DNA from: a virus
Length of the DNA: 64,000 nucleotides
Direction: 5' to 3' (one strand)
Virus record (IMG/VR): IMGVR_UViG_3300037095_000059
In this document: positions 31,511-39,868 of the stretch, piece by piece
How positions within the stretch are numbered: the first letter of the stretch is position 1
Layout of the letters: every line of letters starts with the position of its first letter
Notes under the pieces: model-generated
The model's database searches: none
Seen by the model: the letters and a program-made list of their open reading frames with translations, nothing else
What the model was told of the DNA's origin: nothing
Program-made: the position numbers and the translations under genes

Positions 31511-33377
31511 GGACCTCGATGCCCTAAAATCCGACCCCGGAGTTCTCCGGATATACGGGCAACTTGTTCCCGGTCTGAAGAAGGCAGGGAACAAGTACGT
31601 CGGCTGCTGTCCATTACCCGGACACAACGACAAAACACCCAGTTTCACGATCTTCCAGGACATGCGGTGCTCCTGCTTCGGTTGCGGGGAAAACCTCAAC
31701 ATTTTCCAACTCATCCAAAAAGTGGAAAACTGCGATTTTGCAACGGCGGTCGAGCGCGTGAAGAAAGAACTGGGACAGTCCGATTGGGAAGCTACTAAGC
31801 AGAAAGTGGAGTCTACTTTCAAGCCCGTTGCCGAGCCTAAGACCTACCGGACACTACCCCTATCTTCCTGGACCAAGCTGGAAACTGCTCTGGCCAACTC
31901 CAAGGATGCTGTCCATTATCTGGACAAAGAGCGCGGAATAACACTTGCGACTGCGCAGCAGCTTAGACTTGGGTTTGTGCAGAACATTGGTAACCTGACA
32001 GGAGAGCAGGGAGCCGACATCGCCGACCAAGGCTGGTTGGCCTTCCCTTGCATAGAGGGCAACCAGATCGTCTCTGTCAAATACCGCAGCCTGCAAAGGA
32101 AAAAGCCTGGTGGGTTTGCCCGGCAGCCAGGAATGGCGACTGCTCTGTGGAACACGGAAGCCATCGACTGTTTTGAACCTGTCTACCTCGTAGAAGGAGA
32201 ATTTGATTGTGCTATCTTAGCGCAGGCCGGGTACAACGCTGTTTCTGTTCCAAGCGCCGGGACAAAACTAACCCCAGCCCAGAAAGACCAACTGATGCAA
32301 GCCTCGATGGTTATCCTATCCGGGGACACCGACCAGACGGGCTCTTCTTATATGTCGAAACTTTGGCAAGAGCTTGGGACGAAATGCTATCTGCTTTCCT
32401 GGCCTTCGCCAATGAAAGACGCGAACCAGACGTTTCTTGAGCACTGCGGACGAGACTTAGACAAGTTCCGGGCCCTGGTCGAGGAACTGACGAGCAAGGC
32501 TAAGTCACAGCCGATGCCCGACATCTATTCCATTCAGGAAGTCATGCAACACGGAGAAGACACTAGCCTCGTGGACCGAGCCGACCGGCTGCGATTTCCT
32601 TGGAAAGCGGTGGACGAAATGGCGGTGCTGCTTCCGGGCTCCGTACTGGGTTTGATGAGCACCAGCACCGGCCAAGGCAAGACTTGCTATTCTTTGCAAT
32701 TTAGTTTATTTGGGTCTAGGAAATACAACGAAGTTGTGATAAATTGGCAATGCGAATTGTCCCCGTCTGAACTCGCCGTAATGGTAGCGGCTCAGGTTCT
32801 ACATAAGAACAGGAATTTCCTATCCAAAGCAGATTTGAAACAGGCGGCGGATCAACTCAGTGACGCTCAATACTACGTGGGCAATAATTCAACCATCAAC
32901 AACATCATGGACGTTCTGGATTTGATGGAGGCTGCTGTTCGGCGCACCGGGGCTACAGTTTGTGTACTGGATAACTTGACCTTTTACACAACGGGAGTGG
33001 ATGACGAGGTTCGAGTTCAAGCAGCAGCAATGAAGCGCATCAAGCAAATGGCCATTCAATATGGATTGAAATTTATTGTCGTAAGTCAGCCAAGGAAGGC
33101 TTCGGCTCAGTCCAAAGGAAAGAAAACACATATCTCTGACGCAAAAGGATCAGCCAGTCTTGGAGACACGTGCGACAGCTTCATGGCCCTTCATCGGGAA
33201 TTGTCCAAGGATACGGACGGGACTGGTGTCAATGATCCGTATGAAGAGAAAACGCTAATCGAGATGCTGAAGACGAGGTCTAAAGGTTTGGGAAAGTCCA
33301 GCACGACTCTCCAGTTCTTCGGAGAGTTCGCAGAATTTCAAGCCATCGAGAATAATTACGAAGGAGCACCAGAATGA
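31503..33377 (+). CDS. bifunctional primase-helicase (gp4-like: zinc finger + TOPRIM + DnaB-like ATPase)
   Basis: CCPLPGHNDKTPSF...CFGCG (CHC2 finger), VYLVEGEFD...SGDTDQTG (TOPRIM), GLMSTSTGQGKT (Walker A). TTG start. Confidence 0.9.
   Translation: MTEDLDALKSDPGVLRIYGQLVPGLKKAGNKYVGCCPLPGHNDKTPSFTIFQDMRCSCFGCGENLNIFQLIQKVENCDFATAVERVKKELGQSDWEATKQKVESTFKPVAEPKTYRTLPLSSWTKLETALANSKDAVHYLDKERGITLATAQQLRLGFVQNIGNLTGEQGADIADQGWLAFPCIEGNQIVSVKYRSLQRKKPGGFARQPGMATALWNTEAIDCFEPVYLVEGEFDCAILAQAGYNAVSVPSAGTKLTPAQKDQLMQASMVILSGDTDQTGSSYMSKLWQELGTKCYLLSWPSPMKDANQTFLEHCGRDLDKFRALVEELTSKAKSQPMPDIYSIQEVMQHGEDTSLVDRADRLRFPWKAVDEMAVLLPGSVLGLMSTSTGQGKTCYSLQFSLFGSRKYNEVVINWQCELSPSELAVMVAAQVLHKNRNFLSKADLKQAADQLSDAQYYVGNNSTINNIMDVLDLMEAAVRRTGATVCVLDNLTFYTTGVDDEVRVQAAAMKRIKQMAIQYGLKFIVVSQPRKASAQSKGKKTHISDAKGSASLGDTCDSFMALHRELSKDTDGTGVNDPYEEKTLIEMLKTRSKGLGKSSTTLQFFGEFAEFQAIENNYEGAPE
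31609..31623 (-). repeat. dispersed motif, exact (reverse)
   Basis: gtccattacccggac coding part of the primase zinc finger (CPLPGH). Confidence 0.9.
31911..31925 (-). repeat. dispersed motif, exact (reverse)
   Basis: gtccattatctggac inside the primase domain (VHYLD). Confidence 0.9.
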
Positions 33378-33384
33378 GTGACAC

Positions 33385-33888
33385 TTGGTGAAACCCGGGG
33401 AGTTGCCCGCCAATTGGGGTTTGTACGTCGCGCAGAAGACCAAACTGAAGTGCGTAGCTCCCTGCCCGAAGATGGAACCCTTACCGATGGACCGAGGAAT
33501 GCTGACAGCCCTGCTTTACGCCGTGCAGACGAAGCACTTAAAATTGGACGCTTCTGTCCTCACCAAAGCTCGGAACGACGGCTACGCAGAAGGAGTTGCT
33601 CGGACTCAAGAGGGAACCTACGAGAAAGCATATCGAGAACTTCAGGAGAGAGTCGAAGCCTTTGATAAAGCGTCGGGGATTGATGTTCAATATGGTTGGA
33701 AAGTAGAAAAAATAGGAGAGGCTGTTCGTGTTATAATGAGTGGAGACTCGGAGATAAAGAGACTTTTATCCCAAGCCAAGTACGGGGTGCAGTCGGCGGA
33801 GAGACTAAAGACGGAACTACAGAACCACGCCGACATTTTGGAATCTGTGCTCTCTAAGCTACCCCAAGAAAAGGATGAAGAAGAATGA
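33385..33888 (+). CDS. hypothetical protein
   Basis: ORF-track ORF. The start is uncertain (TTG 33385 or a downstream ATG). Confidence 0.5.
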   Translation: MVKPGELPANWGLYVAQKTKLKCVAPCPKMEPLPMDRGMLTALLYAVQTKHLKLDASVLTKARNDGYAEGVARTQEGTYEKAYRELQERVEAFDKASGIDVQYGWKVEKIGEAVRVIMSGDSEIKRLLSQAKYGVQSAERLKTELQNHADILESVLSKLPQEKDEEE

Positions 33889-34955
33889 ACATCGCCGCCA
33901 CCGACCTCAAACATGCCCTCAAGCGCCTATCCGGCGTGAAGACGGAGACCTACCAAGTCAGCGAGACCTCGGTCTCCGCACAAGACAGTGATGCCTGGGT
34001 TGTCGTCGATTGTCCATTATCCGGACTTGGTTCGGCCTTCAACATCGCGGGCAAGAAGTTATCGTCCGTGGTCAACAGGATGTCGGGCCAAATCGAGATT
34101 CTACGCGAAGACAAGAAGCTGACACTCCGTTCTGCCAAGGCGAGGATCGAGCTTGAAATCCAACCGGCAAAAACACCGGCAACCCCGAGCCAACCGGACA
34201 AGGTGCTGTCCCTGCCTGCCGCAGAATTCAAACAGGCTCTGGCCCTCGCTTTTGCCTCCGCATCTCCCGCCAAATCAGCGCCGTTCGGGGGCTGTGTCCA
34301 GCTTCAAAGCTTGGGTTTGGGTCTTGAGGAGGAAGGACCGAAGGGCTACCGGATCACCGGCACAGATGGTATCATTCTGACCACGGTCAACGCCAAAGTG
34401 GAACTTCCCTTCGAGTTCCGGATGCTCCTGAACCTGACTGCGGCATCCATTGTCCAACTAATGGATGGGGCCCAAATCGAAGTGGGTGAAACCAATACCC
34501 ACCTGAAGATAACCTCCGGCGGCACAACGGTCTACGCCTCGAAGCCAATCCAGACGTACCCAAATTATGACAGCTTGCTGTCCGCCGTTCCTCACACAAA
34601 ACTGAGCTTTCTCGCGGAAGACCTGCTGTCCGTCCTGCGCACGGTCGAGCCTATGGTTGATGAATCAGTAGACCAAGGGGCTGTCGCTTTACATTTCAAA
34701 GACGGTGTGGTACAATGTCTTAGTGGGGGAGTGGGGAGCGCGGCCCAGGACGAAACGGTTTACGAGCAGATTGACCCCGACCCGATCTTCGAACCCCGAG
34801 AAGTCCGCTTGAAGCTGAACGTCAAGTACCTGTCCAGTTTCCTTTCCAAGACTAAAGGACCGGCGGTTTTGAGCATTACGAACAAGCCCGTCTTTCTGGA
34901 GTCCGGAAACATGCTGGTACTGACCATGCCGATGCTTACCAAGGAGAAGAAATGA
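33885..34955 (+). CDS. sliding-clamp-like protein (DnaN-size), tentative
   Basis: 356 aa, beta-rich, and the genome also encodes a clamp loader and polymerase. No sharp motif, so the call is by size and context. Confidence 0.5.
   Translation: MNIAATDLKHALKRLSGVKTETYQVSETSVSAQDSDAWVVVDCPLSGLGSAFNIAGKKLSSVVNRMSGQIEILREDKKLTLRSAKARIELEIQPAKTPATPSQPDKVLSLPAAEFKQALALAFASASPAKSAPFGGCVQLQSLGLGLEEEGPKGYRITGTDGIILTTVNAKVELPFEFRMLLNLTAASIVQLMDGAQIEVGETNTHLKITSGGTTVYASKPIQTYPNYDSLLSAVPHTKLSFLAEDLLSVLRTVEPMVDESVDQGAVALHFKDGVVQCLSGGVGSAAQDETVYEQIDPDPIFEPREVRLKLNVKYLSSFLSKTKGPAVLSITNKPVFLESGNMLVLTMPMLTKEKK
34012..34026 (-). repeat. dispersed motif, exact (reverse)
   Basis: gtccattatccggac inside CDS 33885..34955 (CPLSGL). 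Confidence 0.9.
34688..34716 (+). promoter_or_regulatory. internal sigma70-type promoter with extended -10
   Basis: TTTACA, 17 nt, TGTGGTACAAT inside the 3' part of the clamp-like gene, 236 nt upstream of the secreted-protein gene. Confidence 0.45.
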
Positions 34956-35311
34956 AGCGCATAATCCTGTTTCTCACTTTACTGTTGGCTCCTGCGCTGT
35001 ACGCGCAGACGGTTAAGCCTGCACTACCAACCACGGCGACGGACAATGCTGCTATCAAGCCAGCACTACCGACTATTACAGTACCTCCGGCAAGTTTGCT
35101 GCATTCTGACAACCTCGTCGATTTTTCTACTATTGCGTCGTTTGTTGTTCCGTTGTGCGGGTGGCAGGGTCGCGAGCGAGACGATGGCCAGTGCGAGATT
35201 ACAATAACTGCTCCACCTGATTACGAAAACTTCAAATGCACAGTCCATCAACATAAGCAGGGTGAACTGTACGTCATCACCTGCACATGGAAACCGAAGG
35301 CCAAGCCATGA
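34952..35311 (+). CDS. secreted protein with N-terminal signal peptide
   Basis: MKRIILFLTLLLAPALYAQT signal-like N-terminus, a duplicated KPALPT segment, 4 Cys. Its codon choice looks AT-richer than that of its neighbours. Confidence 0.6.
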   Translation: MKRIILFLTLLLAPALYAQTVKPALPTTATDNAAIKPALPTITVPPASLLHSDNLVDFSTIASFVVPLCGWQGRERDDGQCEITITAPPDYENFKCTVHQHKQGELYVITCTWKPKAKP

Positions 35312-36015
35312 CCGATCTTGAAATTCTTCCCCCGGTCAACTCAGAAGCGGCGCAGCAGAAACAGACAGAGATCGACGGGCTTCTCGAACAAATCTCTGCC
35401 CACGAGCTACGCCTGGCCAAACACTTCGCTCGCCTCTCCCGCTTGGTCCGGGAAGTGAAGGTCGAGCAGTATTGGATTCCCTTGGGGTATGACCGCTTCA
35501 CCTCCTACTTGGAAGTAATCCGAAAGAAGATAGGGAGGGAACGCAGCCAGATGTACGCCGTGCTCTCCGTGTCAGAAGTTTTACACCCTTTTCTGACAGA
35601 CGAGGAGCTTGAGACCGTCGGAATCACAAAGGCGCACGAACTCAAGCGCCTGGTCAAACAAGGAGGCAGGGTAGACGCGGAGGTTCCCGGGCTTTTGAGC
35701 CCCGTCCGGATAATGGACTTTGCTGCTGATCCAAAGACAACAGCTTTAATGCTCCGCGCCAAAGTCAGCGAGTTGCTACACGTCCACGAAGCTCCGAAGG
35801 GGTTGTGGTACGAGTTTGACCCTCCCGGGTTCTACGCCACCGCAGACGAACGGAAAGAGATCGCGGAGTTTTGGGAACTCGGAAAACTGATTTTGCAGGA
35901 TACGTTCGAGTCCGAGCACGAAGAAAAGAAGCAGGTGTTCTTGGCCGCAGCCCGGGAATCCACATCAACTTGGAGAGGGGAGTTGGCGAATGCCGAGCAA
36001 ACTCGTCCGCGTTGA
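35308..36015 (+). CDS. hypothetical protein
   Basis: ATGA overlap with the upstream stop, in the frame of ORF 35287..36015. Confidence 0.6.
   Translation: MTDLEILPPVNSEAAQQKQTEIDGLLEQISAHELRLAKHFARLSRLVREVKVEQYWIPLGYDRFTSYLEVIRKKIGRERSQMYAVLSVSEVLHPFLTDEELETVGITKAHELKRLVKQGGRVDAEVPGLLSPVRIMDFAADPKTTALMLRAKVSELLHVHEAPKGLWYEFDPPGFYATADERKEIAEFWELGKLILQDTFESEHEEKKQVFLAAARESTSTWRGELANAEQTRPR
35704..35718 (+). repeat. dispersed motif, exact
   Basis: gtccggataatggac inside CDS 35308..36015 (VRIMD). Confidence 0.9.
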
Positions 36016-36400
36016 ACTCGGGGATGAAGGACGCCCAATCCGAATTTTCAGGGACAAGTCCTGGCTGACGTGCGAGAACCCCGTCCAGTTAATGGACAGA
36101 GCTAGGGCTGTTCTCTCGATTAGAGAGCAGGTGTTTTGGCGGGCGAGAGACTTCAAGAATATGCGCCCCGTATTTTGTATCGAAGCCTACGCCTGTGAAC
36201 GCTGCGGACGACGAATAACCTGGGAGACCTTTGAAATGAACGAAATCCGGCCCAAGGGGGCCGGGGGAGGTAAGACCGGCGGAGAAGTTTCCCTCGAAAA
36301 TTGTGAGGCATTGTGCCACCAATGCCACCAGGGTAGTCCAGATTCCGCTCACGGGAATCGGCGGTGGCAAACAGCAAAACTCGATCCCGAAGGATCATAA
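35990..36400 (+). CDS. HNH endonuclease
   Basis: CERCGRR ... NEIRPKG ... ENCEALCHQCH (HNH with two CxxC pairs). Confidence 0.75.
   Translation: MPSKLVRVELGDEGRPIRIFRDKSWLTCENPVQLMDRARAVLSIREQVFWRARDFKNMRPVFCIEAYACERCGRRITWETFEMNEIRPKGAGGGKTGGEVSLENCEALCHQCHQGSPDSAHGNRRWQTAKLDPEGS
36083..36097 (+). repeat. dispersed motif, exact
   Basis: gtccagttaatggac inside the HNH gene (VQLMD). Confidence 0.9.
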
Positions 36401-36919
36401 ATGGACGCTCTCAAATACCAACCCGTAATCAAAGATGTCATGGCCAAACTGAAGGTGCGTAAAAACCAGCAGGAGGATATGACACAAGAATGCTACTTGG
36501 CTCTGCTTGCCGGAGAAGATAAGCTGAAAGCAGCAGACGACGACATGGGGTACGCAGCTACAATCTGCCGGAACAGAATTCGACAGTGTTGGTCGAAGGA
36601 GCGATTCGGGATTCCAAATTTCAACCAGATAAAAGACGACCCGCCCCAGATCAGATTCGATTCCTTGTCTGAGCCTAAGATACAGAGGAAGGCGGCCAAG
36701 GTTGCTTCTCTTTCTCCGGCCCCGGACGCTGGGCTTTTATTCATGGACCTGCGGGCGGCTGTTTCCAAGCTCTCGGAGGAGGAACAAGACGTGGTTCAAA
36801 GGATTCTTGGGGGCGAGTCCCGGGAGCAGATAGCAGCCGCTTTGGGGCTTAGTCGGAGAGCAGTGGGCAGGCGGTACAAAGCCGCTGTCGAGAAACTGAA
36901 GAAAGTGCTGGGGGTTTGA
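36401..36919 (+). CDS. ECF-like (group 4) RNA polymerase sigma factor
   Basis: Region-2-like EDMTQECYLALL...ICRNRI. Region-4 HTH LSEEEQDVVQRILGGESREQIAAALGLSRRAVGRRYKAAVEKLKK. Confidence 0.8.
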   Translation: MDALKYQPVIKDVMAKLKVRKNQQEDMTQECYLALLAGEDKLKAADDDMGYAATICRNRIRQCWSKERFGIPNFNQIKDDPPQIRFDSLSEPKIQRKAAKVASLSPAPDAGLLFMDLRAAVSKLSEEEQDVVQRILGGESREQIAAALGLSRRAVGRRYKAAVEKLKKVLGV

Positions 36920-36920
36920 A

Positions 36921-37319
36921 ATGGGCGTATCGAAAACAGTAACGGTTATTTGCGATTATTCCAAATGTTTGGGCAACAAAACCGGCCCGGCTGTGGTACA
37001 ATGGAATGAGACGGATGTCTCGTCTGGAAAAGCCGAACTTCCGGAAGAAGCAAAGTACCTGGTCCTCATCACGCACAACAACATTCAAAAAGCCTTTTGC
37101 TGTCAACTACACGCGGCGGAATACTTCCTTCCCCCCGGGTACGAAGCGAAGCAGAAACAAGTGATTGAGTTTCCAACCCCGAAGGAAGAGCCGGGACCTT
37201 GCCCGCCGATGCGTGCTTGGGTGGATGAACCGCTTCGGTCAGAAGAAAGTCCGGATAATGGACAATCCGGTTTTGTCTACGGCGAGAAGAACAACGGACC
37301 GGGAGGAATCAACGAATGA
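36921..37319 (+). CDS. hypothetical protein
   Basis: ORF-track ORF starting 2 nt after the sigma gene. It contains TGTGGTACAAT at 36992-37002 and the motif at 37249. Confidence 0.55.
   Translation: MGVSKTVTVICDYSKCLGNKTGPAVVQWNETDVSSGKAELPEEAKYLVLITHNNIQKAFCCQLHAAEYFLPPGYEAKQKQVIEFPTPKEEPGPCPPMRAWVDEPLRSEESPDNGQSGFVYGEKNNGPGGINE
37249..37263 (+). repeat. dispersed motif, exact
   Basis: gtccggataatggac inside CDS 36921..37319 (SPDNGQ, the same peptide as in the RecT tail). Confidence 0.9.
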
Positions 37320-37681
37320 TTACTACTTCCGACTACTCCAATGCCACCATAGCCACCGCTTGCTGGCGGGCGGCCCGGGGGGAGCTACACTCGGTCATGC
37401 TGTCTGTCTGCATGGTCTTCAAGAACCGGGCGGACGCTGGGTGGTTCGAACACGACCTTTATCAGAACTGCGTTCAGTGGCTGATCGAAAACCCCGGGGA
37501 GTTTCCGGACACACGCGACCCAGAGTTCCGACAAATGCTGGCCAGGCTTGACTCCGTAACCTCGGGGTTGGTGCCTGACCGAACAGGTGGGGCTATGTAC
37601 TTCTGCCCCAAGTCTCAACTGCCCGAAAAGATCGAGGGGCAAATAACCACAACGATTGGTGGTGTTGTGTTCATCCGGTGA
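37316..37681 (+). CDS. SleB/CwlJ-like cell-wall hydrolase (tentative)
   Basis: ATGA overlap with the upstream stop. ATACWRAARGE...MLSVCMVFKNR resembles the SleB-family hydrolase core. Confidence 0.5.
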   Translation: MITTSDYSNATIATACWRAARGELHSVMLSVCMVFKNRADAGWFEHDLYQNCVQWLIENPGEFPDTRDPEFRQMLARLDSVTSGLVPDRTGGAMYFCPKSQLPEKIEGQITTTIGGVVFIR

Positions 37682-37686
37682 GGGAT

Positions 37687-37785
37687 ATGGACGAGAAATT
37701 TCAGTGGTGGGAGTTCCTGGCCGGGGTCTGCATTGGGGCCTGCCTCATGTTCCTTGGCCTGTTCCTCGCTGCCTTTTTCGAATAG
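37687..37785 (+). CDS. small membrane peptide (32 aa), candidate
   Basis: ATGGAC start. Hydrophobic core FLAGVCIGACLMFLGLFLAAFF. It follows the hydrolase-like gene. Confidence 0.35.
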   Translation: MDEKFQWWEFLAGVCIGACLMFLGLFLAAFFE

Positions 37786-37791
37786 GAGATT

Positions 37792-37956
37792 ATGCCGATT
37801 CAAACGTTTACTTGTACGAACTGCGGGCACAAGTTCGAGGAAATCGTCAGGCAGGGTGCGCCGCCTCTTCCCTGCCCGAAGTGCGGAGAGCCCACTGTTC
37901 AGGTGTGGAGTGTACCAGCCGTCGCTTTTTGGAAATGTTCGAGAGGGAGCTTGTGA
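37792..37956 (+). CDS. FmdB-family-like zinc-ribbon protein (54 aa)
   Basis: AGGAG precedes the ATG. MPIQTFTCTNCGHKFEE...PCPKCG matches the FmdB/CxxC ribbon pattern. It is below the ORF-track cut-off. Confidence 0.5.
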   Translation: MPIQTFTCTNCGHKFEEIVRQGAPPLPCPKCGEPTVQVWSVPAVAFWKCSRGSL

Positions 37957-38459
37957 TGGGAATATCAAAGCACGGCGGAAACCCGAACTATAAACCGCCA
38001 ACGAAGAAAGCCAAGACGCAAGCGCAACTCGACCGCGCCACAGACCTTCGGCTGCAAAAAGCGTACAACATCACCTTAGCCGACTATGAAAAAATGGAGA
38101 AGACCCACGGGGGCAAGTGTTGGATAAGCGGAAGACCTCCAGGTTCAAGGCGGTTGCACGTCGATCACGACCATAGCTGGAAGAAGGTAAAAATCACCAC
38201 CAGCAAACTTTCCGAAACGGGCAATTGGGTGGCAACAGCGAATTACCTTCACACGGACTACACGGGGTACGGAGCCAAGAAGTCTTTGGCTGTTCGAGAA
38301 GTCAAACGTAAACTGCTTCGTGCTTCGGTTCGGGGGCTGCTCACATACTCCATCAATGCGGGGTTGCAGAAATTTTCAGACGACCCAAAACTTCTTAGAG
38401 TGGCGGCGGACTACCTTGAGAAACACCAAGGTCCATTAACTGGACAGGAGACAACATGA
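37956..38459 (+). CDS. endonuclease VII-type junction-resolving / HNH-like nuclease
   Basis: TGATG overlap with the upstream stop. AYNITLADYEKM...GGKCWISG...LHVDHDHS matches the T4 endonuclease VII family core. Confidence 0.75.
   Translation: MGISKHGGNPNYKPPTKKAKTQAQLDRATDLRLQKAYNITLADYEKMEKTHGGKCWISGRPPGSRRLHVDHDHSWKKVKITTSKLSETGNWVATANYLHTDYTGYGAKKSLAVREVKRKLLRASVRGLLTYSINAGLQKFSDDPKLLRVAADYLEKHQGPLTGQETT
38431..38445 (-). repeat. dispersed motif, exact (reverse)
   Basis: gtccattaactggac in the last codons of the endonuclease VII gene. AGGAG and ATG 38456 follow. Confidence 0.9.
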
Positions 38460-38665
38460 CCGAACCCATTCCAGATTTCGCAACACCTCGCAAGTGTGGT
38501 ATCTGCCAAGAGCCCGCTAACTGCTGGCACTTCCGTCCAAACAGATCGCGGCGGAATCTCCCGTCGCATCCGTCCGCGAAGAAGCTCGCCGTTTGGTGCG
38601 GGTTACGGGTGAGCGCGTGGAGTTTGTCGATCACATGGTCGCCTGCCCACGGTGCGACGGAATGA
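38456..38665 (+). CDS. hypothetical protein, 3' half doubtful
   Basis: Good SD and ATGA overlap with the upstream stop. The first roughly 25 codons look coding (CGICQEPANCWH). The rest looks like an out-of-frame read of the next gene. Confidence 0.35.
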   Translation: MTEPIPDFATPRKCGICQEPANCWHFRPNRSRRNLPSHPSAKKLAVWCGLRVSAWSLSITWSPAHGATE

Positions 38666-38940
38666 ATCTCTCTTGCGAGTTCTGTGATGGAAGAGGACAT
38701 GTATTATCCTCGCAGGCGCGGGAGTACCGGCGGCAGTTCAACGTTGACGAGCTGATCCGCCACGATGAATCACGCACTGACGAAAAGCTCTTACATGCAA
38801 TTGCAGCGGCGGACGCGGAGGCGGACCGTGATGACGGCAGAGAGCCTGGCGACACTAGAGACGAGGAATCTCTGGAAGATCACAACATTCAAGGACTCGG
38901 AGCCTTTCGGGACGTGTTCGATGCGGGCGGTGAGCAATGA
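38593..38940 (+). CDS. hypothetical protein with CxxC...CxxCxGxG zinc motif
   Basis: The frame is open from 38521. No ATG occurs before 38635. CPRCDG...CEFCDGRG, then an acidic tail. Confidence 0.45.
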   Translation: MVRVTGERVEFVDHMVACPRCDGMNLSCEFCDGRGHVLSSQAREYRRQFNVDELIRHDESRTDEKLLHAIAAADAEADRDDGREPGDTRDEESLEDHNIQGLGAFRDVFDAGGEQ

Positions 38941-39245
38941 GCGATGACGAAATGGTTGTCAAGTCGGTTTGGAAGAGCGCCCATGCTGTGCGGGATTGGC
39001 CGGGAATGGTAACGATCCGCCGCTTTAGCCCGTTCAAGAATGAACAAGTTGAGGGCCAAGGCGCAACGGAAGCGGATGCTTGGAAGAACGTGGCCGACAA
39101 AATTCGCGCTATTGGGAAGCCTGAGTGGACTGTCGATGTTATTACGTCAGAGCAACAGGCGATTGCCGATGAAGCCGACTGGCAGGCAATGGTTGACGAA
39201 AAGGAAAAAGAAAGACGACGTGCGAATCGAAAGGCGGACCGATAA
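38937..39245 (+). CDS. hypothetical protein
   Basis: ATGA overlap with the upstream stop. ORF-track ORF. Confidence 0.55.
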   Translation: MSDDEMVVKSVWKSAHAVRDWPGMVTIRRFSPFKNEQVEGQGATEADAWKNVADKIRAIGKPEWTVDVITSEQQAIADEADWQAMVDEKEKERRRANRKADR

Positions 39246-39628
39246 TGAAGCCCATCGACAGAATGTGCCCAGCTTGCAAGGTTCCTCCTGGCGTTGGTTG
39301 CCTACCGTTTGGCGTTAAACCTGGCTGTGGGTATCCGATGAAAGGGTTCCACTGGGAACGGCGCACGCGGACGGAAAGCATTAGCGCCGGTCCTATTGAG
39401 GGCCCAGGGCGGTGCGACATCGAGATTCGCTGGAATGCGCAGGCTAGAGCGTTCTTTGTGGACTATGGCAATGTGCACTTTTCGGTGACGCGGTTAGGCG
39501 CGATTCTCCTCGGAGACGCTTTGCGCGAAGCTGTAAGGACTCTAACGGTTGCTCAGTATACCGGACATGACGACGACGATCTTATGACGAAACGGTGGTA
39601 CGCGGCAGGTTGCCGCAAGGAGGATTGA
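39245..39628 (+). CDS. hypothetical protein
   Basis: TAATG junction with the upstream gene. An N-terminal CPAC pair is present. Confidence 0.5.
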   Translation: MKPIDRMCPACKVPPGVGCLPFGVKPGCGYPMKGFHWERRTRTESISAGPIEGPGRCDIEIRWNAQARAFFVDYGNVHFSVTRLGAILLGDALREAVRTLTVAQYTGHDDDDLMTKRWYAAGCRKED

Positions 39629-39689
39629 CAATCGCACCAAACCACAGTACAAATCAACACAGCGGTAATCAACCGCACAAGGAGCAGCA

Positions 39690-39863
39690 ATGAAACTGCC
39701 TGACTCAGTGGTTGAAGGTTTGAGAAAGATAGCGGGCCGCCCCCTGTTGGACTACACCTTCGCCTTCGGGGAAGACCGCGACATCTACGAAGCGGGAGTC
39801 CTGGACGGGGGAGCAAGCTTGGCGCAGTATGTTCTGGACGGTCTTGAAAAGGAGTCCGAATAA
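39690..39863 (+). CDS. small protein (57 aa), candidate
   Basis: AAGGAG lies 5 nt before the ATG. The stop is the TAA of the motif copy at 39854. It is below the ORF-track cut-off. Confidence 0.45.
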   Translation: MKLPDSVVEGLRKIAGRPLLDYTFAFGEDRDIYEAGVLDGGASLAQYVLDGLEKESE

Positions 39864-39868
39864 TGGAC
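39854..39868 (+). repeat. dispersed motif, exact
   Basis: gtccgaataatggac. TAA is the stop of CDS 39690..39863. The overlapping ATG is the start of CDS 39863..40048. Confidence 0.9.
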
